DNA of 60,000 bases from Lytechinus pictus. Lineage: Eukaryota. The stretch spans positions 29,142,001-29,202,000 of the forward strand of contig NC_087245.1 in NCBI RefSeq assembly GCF_037042905.1, given 5' to 3'. Every line of letters begins with the position of its first letter. Position 1 is the stretch's first letter. A program made the position numbers and the translations under genes. This document shows positions 25,901 to 36,085 of this stretch, piece by piece. A model generated the notes under the pieces. That model was not told the DNA's origin. It saw only the letters and a list, made by a program, of their open reading frames with translations, and did not search any database.

Positions 25901-28710
25901 GGGTGACGAAAAGTGGTAGATGGCGGGTGACTTGTGATGGAAGGGTGACGAATAGTAGTAGATGAAAAGTGACATATTGCTCCATGATGATTAACGGGAG
26001 TCGAATAGTAGATGAAAGTTACTTATTGATCTATGTTGAGAGGGCGACGAACAGGGTAGATGAAAGGTTAATTGTTGTTCTATGATAAAAATGAGGCGAA
26101 GAGTGGTAGGTTATTTCTTGCTCTATGATGAAAGGGAGGCGAAAGGTAGAAGAAAAGTGACTTGTTGCTTTATGATGAAAGGAAGACGAACAAGGGTTGG
26201 AGAAAGGCGACTTATTGCTCTCTGATGAGAAGGTGACGAAGAGTGTTAGATGATAGGCGACTCCTTGCTCTATCGTTAAATGGTGATGAAGAGTGGTAGA
26301 TGGAATTCGACCTGTTGCTCTATGGTTTAAAGGGTGACGAGATTGGTGTAATGACGGATGACCTGTTGCTCTATGCTGAGAAGGCGAAAACCAGGTGTAG
26401 AAGAAAGGTGACTTGTTGATCTTTGATGAAAGGGTAAAGAAGTGTGGTAGATGAAAGGCTACTTGTTGCTATGTGATGAAAGGGTGACGAAGAATATAGA
26501 TAAAAGGCTACTTTTTGCTCTTATGATGAAAGGGTGACGAAGAGTGTTAGATGGAAGGCTATCTGTTGCTCTATGATGAAAGGGTATCGAAGAGTACAGA
26601 TGAAAGGCTACTTGTTGTTCTATGATGAAAGGATGACGAAGAGTATAGATGAAAAGCGACTTGTTGTTCTATGATGAAAGGGTGACGAAGAGTATAGATG
26701 AAAGGCTACTTGTTGCTCTGTGATGAAAGGGTGACGAAAAGTGATAGATGAAAGGTTACTTGTTGCTCTTTGATGAAAGGGTGTCGAAGAGTACAGATGA
26801 AAGGCTACTTGTTGTTCTATGATGAAAGGGTGACGAAGAGTAGTAGATGAAAAGTGACATATTGCTCCATGATGATTAACGGGAGTCGAATAGTAGATGA
26901 AAGTTACTTATTGATTTATGTTGAGAGGGCGACGAACAGGGGTAGATGAAAGGCTAATTGTTGTTCTATGATGAAAAGGAGGCGAAGAGTGGTAGAAGAT
27001 GACTTCTTGCTCTATGATGAAAGGGAGGCGAAAAGTAGAAGAAAAGTGACTTGTTGCTTTATGATGAAAGGAAGACGAACAAGGGTTGGAGACAGGCGAC
27101 TTATTGCTCTCTGATGAGAGGGTGACGAAGAGTGTTAGATGATAAGCGACTCCTTGCTCTATAGTTAAATGGTGATGAAGAGTGGTAGATGGAATTCGAC
27201 CTGTTGCTCTATGATTTAAAGAGTGACGAGAGTGGTGTAATGACGGGTGACCTGTTGCTCTATGTTGAGAAGGCGACGAGCAGGTGTAGAAGAAAGGTGA
27301 CTTGTTGCTCTTTGATGAAAGGGTGACGAAGAGTGGTAGATGAAAGGCTACATGTTGCTCTATGATGAAAGGGTGACGAAGAGTGGTAGATGGAAGGCTA
27401 CTTGTGCGATGTGATGAAAGGGTGACGAAGAATATAGATGAAAGGCTACTCATTGCTTTATGATGAAAGGAAGACGAACAAGGGTTGAAGAAAGGCGACT
27501 TGTTGATCTCTGATGAGAGGGTGACGAAGAGTGTTAGATGATAGGTGACTCCTTGCTCTATAGTTAAATGGTGATGAAGAGTGGTAGATGGAATTCGACC
27601 TGTTGCTCTATGATTTAAAGGGTGACGAGAGTGGTGTAATGACGGAAGACCTGTTGCTCGGATGACCTGTTGCTCTATGTTGAGAAGGCGAAAACCAGAT
27701 GTAGAAGAAAGGTGACTTGTTGATCTTTGATGGAAGGGTGACGAAGAGTGGTATATGGAAGGCTACTTGTTGCTATGTGATGAAAGGGTGACGAAGAATA
27801 TAGATAAAAGGCTACTTTTTGCTCTTATGATGAAAGAGTGATGAAGAGTGTTAGATGGAAGGCTACTTGTTGCCCTATGATGAAAGGGTGACAAAGAATG
27901 GTAGATAACAAGCGACTTGTTGCTATATGATGAAAGGGTGACGAAGAGTGTAAGATGAAAGTTAACTTGTTGCTCTGTGATGAAAGGGTGACGAAAAGCG
28001 GTAGGTGACTGGTGTCTTGTTGTGATGAAAGGGCGACGGAAAGTGGTAGACGAAAGTTGAGATGTTGCTCCATGATGAAATGGAGAAGAACGGGTATAGA
28101 AGAAGGCGACTAGTTGCTCTATGATGAAAGGGCGACGGAAAGTGGTAGACGAAAGTTGAGGTGTCGCTCCATGATGAAAGGGAGAAGAACGAGTATAGAA
28201 GAAGGCGACTAGTTGCTCTATGATGAAAGGGCGACGGAAAGTGGTAGACGGAAGTTGAGGTGTTGCTCCACGATAAAAAGGAGAAGAACGGGTATAGAAG
28301 AAGGCGACTAGTTGCTCTATGATGAAAGGGCGACGGAAAGTGGGAGACGAAAGTTGAGGTGTTGCTCCACGATAAAAGGGAGAAGAACGGGTATAGAAGA
28401 AGGCGACTAGTTGCTCTATGATGAAAGGGCGACGGAAAGTGGTAGACGGAAGCTGAGGTGTTGCTCCATGATGAAAGGGAGAAGAACGGGTATAGAAAAA
28501 GGCGACTAGTTGCTCTATGATGAAAGGGCGACGGAAAGTGGTAGACGAAAGTTGAGGTGTTGCTCCACGATGCAAGGGAGAAGAACGGGTATAGAAGAAG
28601 TCGACTAGTTGCTGTATGATGAAAGGGTGACGAAGAGTTCAAGATAAAAGGTCACTTGCTGCTCTATGATGAAAGGAAGACGAAGAAAGGTTCCTAGTTG
28701 CTCTATGAGA
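22960..28710. repeat. 5.7-kb 49/50-bp satellite with higher-order structure
   Basis: Unit ttgttgctctatgatgaaagggtgacgaagagtatagatgaaaggctac; purine-rich on the plus strand; 99-bp dimer at 28020-28620. Confidence 0.95.
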
Positions 28711-29448
28711 AAAAAAACCGAATTAATCAATATATACCCTGTGCTCCCTTATATCTAACAAATCAAATTAATCATACTCAATACTTAATACCATATAATG
28801 ATTTCATAAAATCTTCAATTATAAGAGCGTTGCTGTGACATTACTTTATAATTTTGTATAATAGTTCCACAAGCAAGTGACTTGCGCACAGCTTGGTTCC
28901 TTTTTCACGATTTATTCTCCTCGTCGGCATTGAAGAAACTTCTCTCCAAAAACTGCGTGAAGATGTACTGACATTCCAGACCTGTAACAAAGAAAATGTT
29001 GATAAAATATTTCTATTCCGATGATTGATGGATATATTGATTAACATTTAAATTTCAATTACATGTATGTATCATATAGATCTAGAATATAGAATAAACT
29101 TTATGAAATGTCAATAGATGATACTCATGTTTTGAAGACCTTCTCTTTATTTCTATTTATAACCTAGATCTAATATTAAATCAGTTTTAATTGCTTACTT
29201 GTGTGATTATCATTATTTATAGCGCTTCATATATACTTATTCAAAAGTATCTTTCATATTTCTAACATTCAAGAATAGTGTTTACTAAGAACTATGTCTC
29301 CATCACCTCCATTACATGTAGGTCCATGAGAATGTTGTTCTCCATAACAATGACCAACGCAAATTAACGAATTGAAATATACACTCTTATATCAGTGAGT
29401 GATGTTTACAAATAAATTTTCAAAAGATTGTTAATGATGTAAACTTAC

Positions 29449-30035
29449 CACGATCATTTAAACGAACGAGACGATCGATGATTTATGATGATCCATACTG
29501 TTGAGGTTGACGATTAAAAGCTACCAGCATACGACCGCACGAGAAAATTAACGAATGAACCAGTGTTTAAAACGGAATATTCGCTAACCAAAAGTCTAAC
29601 GTCAGAAGCTAAACAATAGAAAAAATGCACAACCTCAACTGTTTTCGAAACAGTCGAATTATTCAGAACATCTTGAAAATAAGTGACCTTTAGGTGACAT
29701 TACAGCAATCTTCTTGACATGAAACAATAAATCTTAACGAGCTAGTTTAAGAACAAGCTTAAACTGTCAGGCGCCTATTGGGGACCTACTGTATGAATTT
29801 TACCTAAAAATCCTGACACTAAACTTGGCCTTAACAAACCAGCTCGATAAAATTCATAGTTTCATTAAGATCATGAAGTGATATTACTGTATTGTTCTTC
29901 AGGTAAATTATTCTTGCTTAAGTTCATGAGGTTTACCATGTTTACTCCAGTTGACAAGCCGATCTTACAAGCAACGATGTTTTGTTACAATTTACACTCA
30001 TCTTGTATCATGTAGATATTTTGAGCATTCCATAC
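29449..30035 (-). ncRNA. Repeat exon A
   Basis: gtttcag|GTATGG acceptor; GTG|GTAAGT donor; no long ORF. Confidence 0.6.
29686..29904 (-). ncRNA. Structured RNA hairpin, copy A
   Basis: Nested stems ACAAUACAGUAAU/AUUGCUGUAAUGU, AUGAAAC/GUUUCAU, CGAGCUGGUUU/AAACUAGCUCG, UGUCAGG/CCUGACA. Confidence 0.7.
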
Positions 30036-30791
30036 CTGAAACATAAAAACACAAAAGATCAATGTTACTGAATTAGATTTTATGTGACATTTTTCTTCTA
30101 AATCAATGAATTATACACGAGATCTATAACATACATTTCTTTTAACATTTAAGAATTACTATCATCGTCACTTTCTGTCATCAGCATAAACTTTTTTGTT
30201 TCAGTTAGGTTCTAATAACCGAATGGGGCTTTTGTCAAATAGTCTTCAGATTGTTATTACCACCCCCCCCCCCCCCTCCTGTATGCGCCTATGGCTCTTT
30301 CCTATACACGATTCTTTGAGTTCACAACCATGGCAAAATCTTTAGATATATTTCTATAATAGGTGTGTGGGACTGTGCGTGGGACGGTTGTTACAGGTTC
30401 ACACTGCCAAACAAGAATTACGAAAATTTCCATCTGAGCATCTTAAGACAAGATCTATGCCCTGAATATTAAATCTTTGCCACTCCTTGCAGCTATCTTC
30501 CTATATCAAATCAATGTTGCAACTAGTTTGATTATTATTATCAATATTAGCGCTTTGTACAAAACTAATTAGTCTAAAGCCCCTTTCAGATTTCTTAAAT
30601 TTAAAGATAATTTTACTAAGATCTATGAAGCCTACGTGCATGAAAATGTAGTTCTACATAAAAATGTCGAACCCGAATCACGAAATTCGAATTACATCAA
30701 GTAATCAATATCATGAATACCGAATGAAAGGATGCACACTTATACCAATTAATAAAGGAGATATCAAGAGTGTTAATGAATGTAATCTTAC

Positions 30792-31391
30792 CACGATCAT
30801 TCAAACGAACGAAACGATCGATGATCTATGATGTGCATATTGATCTGTTGATGATGACGAGTAAAAGCGAGAAACATACGATCGTACAAGAGAATCAACG
30901 AATGGACGAATGTTTACAACGGAGTTTTTGCTAACCGAAAGTCTAACGTCAGAAGGCAAAAAGTTAAACGATAGTGAATAAGGCACAACCTCAACTGTTT
31001 TCGAAACAGTCGAACTATCCAGATCATGTTGAAAATAAGTAACCTTTAGGTGACATTACAGCAATCTTCTTGACATGAAACAATAAATCTTAACGAGCTA
31101 GCTTAAGAACAAGCTTAAACTGTCAGGCGCCTATTGGGGACCTAATGTATGAATTTTACCTAAAAATCCTGACACTAAACTTGGCCTTAACAAACCAGCT
31201 CGATAAAATTCATAGTTTCATTAAGATCATGAATTGACATTACTGTATTGTTCTGCAGGTAAACTATTCTTGCTTAAGTTCATGAGGTTTACCATGTTTA
31301 CTCCAGTTGACAAGCCGATCTTATAAGCAACGATGTTTTGTTTCAATTTACACGCGTCTTGTATTATGTAGATATTTTGAGCATTCCATAC
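30792..31391 (-). ncRNA. Repeat exon B
   Basis: Same acceptor; GTG|GTAAGA donor. Confidence 0.6.
31042..31260 (-). ncRNA. Structured RNA hairpin, copy B
   Basis: Same stems with additional G-U substitutions. Confidence 0.7.
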
Positions 31392-32258
31392 CTGAAACAT
31401 AAAAAACACAAAAGATCAATGATGCTGAATTTGATTTTATGTGACTTGTTTTTTTCTAAATCCAATTAATGAATTAAACACGAGATCTATAACATAAAAT
31501 TTGTTTTACATTTGACAATTATCACCACCGTCACTTTCATAATCATAATTATAAACTTTGTTTTCTAAATCTAATCAAATTATACACGAGATCTCGAGCA
31601 TAAACAAAATCTTTTTTTTTACATTTGACAATAACTATCATCGTCAATTTTAAACATCAGCATAAACTTGTTGTTTCAGTTAGGTTCTAATAACCGAAAG
31701 GGGCTTTTGTCAAATAGTCTTAAGATTGTTATCACCCCCCCCCCCTGTATGCGCCTATGGCCCTTTCCTATACATGATTCTTTGAGTTCACAACCATGGC
31801 AAAATCGTTAGATATATTTCTATACTAGGTGTGTGGGACTGTGCGTGGGACTGTTGTTACAGGTTCAAACTGCCAAACTAGAATTACGAAAATTTCCATC
31901 TGAGCATCTTTAGACAAGATCTATGCCTTGAATATTAAATCTTTGCCACTCCTTGCAGCTATCTTCCTATATCAAATCAATGTTGCAACTAGTTTGATTA
32001 TTATTATCAATATTAGCGCATTGTACAAAACTAATTAGTCTAAAGCCCCTTTCAGATTTCTTAAATTTAAAGATAATTTTACTAAGATCTATGTAGCCTA
32101 CGTGCATGAAAATGTAGTTCTACATTAAAAATGTCAAACCCGAATTACGAAATTCGAATTACATCAAGTAATCAATAACATGAATACCGAATGAAAGGAT
32201 GCACACTTATACCAGTTAATAAAGGTGATATCAAGAGTGTTAATGAATTTAAACTTAC

Positions 32259-32861
32259 CACGATCATTCAAACGAACGAAACGATCGATGATCTATGATA
32301 TGCATATTGATCTGTTGATGATGACGAGTAAAAGCGAGAAACATACGATCGTACAAGAGAATCAACGAATAGACGAATGTTTACAACGGAGTTTTTGCTA
32401 TTCGAAAGTCCGTATAACGTCAGAAGGCAAAAAGCTAAACGATAGTAAAAAGGCACAACCTCAACTGTTTTCGAAACAGTCGAACTATCCAGATCATGTT
32501 GAAAATATGTAACCTTTAGGTGACATTACAGCAATCTTCTTGATATGAAACAATAACTCTTAACGAGCTGGTTTAAGAACAAGCTTAAACTGTCAGGCGC
32601 CTACTGGGGACTTAATGTATGAATTTTACCTAAAAATCCCGACACTAAACTTGGCCTTAACAAACCAGCTCGATAAAATTCATAGTTTCATTAAGATCAT
32701 GAAGTGATATTACTGTATTGTTCTTCAGGTAAATTATTCTTGCTTAAGTTTATGAGGTTTACCATTTTTACTCCAGTTGACAAGCCGATCTTATAAGCTA
32801 TGATGTTTTGTTTCAATTTACACGCGTCTTGTCTTATGTAGATATTTTGAGCATTCCATAC
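32259..32861 (-). ncRNA. Repeat exon C
   Basis: Same acceptor; GTG|GTAAGT donor. Confidence 0.6.
32512..32730 (-). ncRNA. Structured RNA hairpin, copy C
   Basis: Same stems; the central stem is fully Watson-Crick (AAACCAGCUCG); two substitutions, one (plus strand tccc at 32637-32640) turning an A-U of the inner stem into G-U. Confidence 0.7.
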
Positions 32862-33768
32862 CTGAAACATAAAAAACACAAAAGATCAATATTGCTGAAT
32901 TTGATTTTATGTGACATTTTATCTTCTAAATTTAATTAATGGTTTATACACGAGATCTATAACGTACAAAAAATCTTTTATTTCTTGTTTACATTTGACA
33001 ATTATCACCCCCGTCACTTTCATAGTCATTAGTATAAACTTTGTTTTCTAAATCTAATCTAAATATACACGAGATCTAGAGCATAAAAAACAAATCCTTT
33101 TTTTACAGTTTACAATAACTATCATCGTCACTTTCTGTCACCCGCATTATCTTTTTGTTTTAGCAGTTTGTTTCAGTTAGGTTCTAATAACTGAAAGGGG
33201 CTTTTGTCAAATAGTCTTAAGATTGTTATCACCCCCCCCCCCCCCGTATGCGCCTTTTGCCCTTTCCTATACTCGATTCCTTGAGTTCACAACCATGGCA
33301 AAATCGTTAGATATATTTCTATAATACGTATGTGGGACTGTGCGTGGGACCGTTGTTACAGGTTCAAACTGCCAAACTAGAATTGCGAGAATTTCCATCT
33401 GAGCATCTTTAGACAATATCTATGCCCTGAATATTAAATCTTTGCCACTCCTTGTAGCTATCTTCCTATGTCAAATCAGTGTTGCTACTAGTTTGATTAT
33501 TATTATCAATATTAGCGCTTTGTAAAAAAATAATTAGTCTAAAGCCCCTTTCAGATTTCTTAAATTTAAAGATAATTTTACTAAGATCTATGTAGCCTAC
33601 TTGCATGAAAATGTAGTTCTACATAAAAAAATGTCGAACCCGAATTCCGAAATTCGAATTGCATCAAGTAATCAATAACATGAATACCGAATGAAAGGAT
33701 ACACACTTTTACCAGTTATTGGTGTTAATAAAGGAGATATCAAAAAGTGTTAATGAATTTAAACTTAC

Positions 33769-34360
33769 CACGATCATTCAAACGAACGGAAACGATCGAT
33801 GATATATGATGTGCATATTGATCTGTTGATGATGACGAGTAAAAGCGAGAAACATACGATCGTACAAGAGAATCAACGAATGGACGAATCTTTACAACGG
33901 AGTTTTTGCTAACCGAAAGTCTAACGTCAGAAGGCGAAAAGCTGAACGATAGTAAATTAGGCACAACCTCAACTGTTTTCGAAACAGTCCAACTATCCAG
34001 ATCATGTTGAAAATAAGTAACCTTTAGGTGACATTACAGCAATCTTCTTGACATGAAACAATAGATCTTAACGAGCTGGTTTAAGAACAAGCTTAAACTG
34101 TCAGGCGCCTATTGGGGACCTACTGTATGAATTTTGCCAAGAAATCCTGACACTAAACTTGGCCTTAACAGACCAGCTCGATAAAATTCATTGTTTCATT
34201 AAGATCATGAAGTGATATTACTGTATTGTTCTTCAGGTAAACTATTCTTGCTTAAGTTCATGAGGTTTACCATGTTTATTTAGGTCGACAGGCCGATAAT
34301 GTAAGAAACGATTTTTCGAGACACCTTCTGTGTCATGTAGATATTTTGAGCATTCCATAC
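33769..34360 (-). ncRNA. Repeat exon D
   Basis: Same acceptor; GTG|GTAAGT donor. Confidence 0.6.
34020..34238 (-). ncRNA. Structured RNA hairpin, copy D
   Basis: Same stems; AUGAAACAAU/AUUGUUUCAU is extended by a substitution. Confidence 0.7.
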
Positions 34361-35501
34361 CTGAAACATAAACACACAAAATAATAGATGTTAATGAAAC
34401 AGCTTGTTTCTGTTAACGGTTGCTAAATCTTATATATAAATTCTGCACGAGAACTAGAATATAAGCAAACTTTGTATTCTATATTTCACAGTGATCATAA
34501 TTCTCATCACTCTTAAAATCATAATCATAAACCTTATTGTTTCAGCAAAGTTTTCTATTTCAGTTAGGCTCTAAATAACCGAAAGAAAGTTAGTCTTCTA
34601 TCAGATAGTCTATCTTTGTTATCATATTCCCAACTGTATGCGCCTATGGCCTTTTCCAATTCATGATTCTTACCTTAACAACCATATAACATGGCTTCTA
34701 GATCTATTTAATTACGTATGTGGGACTGCGTGGGACTATTGTTATGGCCTCAAAGTGTCAAATGACTGAAATTACTATCTGAACATATTAATACAAGATC
34801 GATGCCCTACATATAGAAAGATGTAAATTCTTAACTACTTTTTTTTCCTTATCCAACTTTCATGCCTTGGATCTTTGCCTCTCATTGTAGCTATCATCTA
34901 ATATATCAATGTTGCTACTAGTTTGATTATCTTCAAAGTCAATTTTAGCACTTTTTTATATATATATAATTAGCCTAAAGCCCCTTTCATTTTTCTAGTA
35001 TGTCAAGAAAATTGTACTTAGAATTATGCCTCTATCACAGCATTACATGTACTAAGATCTAAGCCCGGCATGTATGAAGATATCAATTTCTAAACTACTC
35101 TTGTCCTATCCACCTTTTGACATTGAATATTGGATCTTTGCCACTCCTTCATATCTATCATCTTATTAATTACTTGTACCCAGTCTCACTCACGCTTGAT
35201 TTGAGGATTACCGATCAATGCTCAGTGTGCTTATATTTTGGGACTGTACACTTATCCATACTATAGTTAGATTAGAAATGTTCGGTAATAATGAAATTGA
35301 TAAATATACTTGCCATGCAAAAATATATTGTATGAAATTATAAACAAAAAATCAATGCAATGATTCTCACCTTGTAAACAAGCGAAACGGATCAACTAGG
35401 ACAAACGCAATGTCCAGTTTCAGATTCGAAATCGATTAACGCCCGAAGTAAATGAACATTTCACCAGCCAAAATCTTGGCGTGTGAAAGTATGTTTTTAT
35501 T

Positions 35502-35706
35502 CAAGGGCGGTGCCTGGGTAATAGGGGCAAGACCACTTAAAGGTGACGTCATTTTTGTCAATTCAATGAAAGGGGTCTTCTTCTTTCAACGACCCAAAAC
35601 TTGAAATACTTATCGTTGTTTATTTGGCTTTCTTTTTGTTTATCCTCTTTTAATGTTATTTTTCATCGGGGTGAAGCCCCTGCCTCCTCCCCTGGCATCG
35701 CCCTTG
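35502..35706. mobile_element. Small MITE inside exon E
   Basis: TIRs caagggcggtgcc and ggcatcgcccttg; flanks gtttttatt and gtttttttt (imperfect TSD). Confidence 0.65.
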
Positions 35707-35844
35707 GTTTTTTTTTATGCTAACGAACAATTCTACGAGAATTGTAGCGAAAAAGGTAAAAGCCTTACGACCTTTTCATCAAAAAAAGTTGTAAAGCTTT
35801 CGGTGAACAATAATCATTCAGTAAATATATGAAAATGAATTTCA

Positions 35845-36085
35845 TTACCGGTAGGTGACAACACAGCAATCTTCTTGACACGACACATTAAATTTTACGG
35901 AAAAGGGCCAAAGAATTGGTTTCGGCCAGGCGCCTATTCTACGCCTACGGGGGGGGGGGGGGCTACATAGTACATAAACTTACGCTACGAATCCTGGCAC
36001 TAAAACCTAAACTTAACCAATTTCCATAAATTTTAAAGTTTCATTAAGGTCATCAAGTGATATTGCTGTATTGTTCTACGGGTAA
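35845..36085 (-). ncRNA. Structured RNA hairpin, divergent copy E
   Basis: Compensatory stems GCCAGG/CCUGGC, UGGAAA/UUUCCG, GGUUUU/GAAACC, ACAAUACAGCAAU/AUUGCUGUGUUGU. Confidence 0.72.

Noticed and set aside
26908..28642. ORFs of 181, 226 and 270 aa in the satellite
   Set aside because: By-products of the repeat. The 99-bp dimer is a multiple of three and overlapping frames are open together.
22960..28710. ATGATGA / CTGATGA motifs as C/D snoRNA boxes or hammerhead cores
   Set aside because: No regular D box or terminal stem, and no stem II followed by GAAA.
31227..32879. 60-aa ORFs (VWNAQNIY...) in repeat units B and C
   Set aside because: Truncated by early stops in units A and D, and the listed starts lie in the intron.
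35494..35560. GC box, CRE and TATA-like promoter for the repeat exons
   Set aside because: The GC box and CRE lie inside the MITE at 35502-35706, and homology shows exon E continues across it.
35707..35716. Poly(A) tail of a retrocopy or endogenous RNA virus
   Set aside because: The T run is explained by the MITE target duplication and by homology to ttagcaaaaac in exons B-D.
29686..36085. Hairpin as telomerase RNA, RNase P/MRP, group I intron, dicistrovirus IGR IRES, SECIS or hairpin ribozyme
   Set aside because: By eye the diagnostic template, core motifs or pseudoknot layout are missing. A formal Rfam search is still needed.
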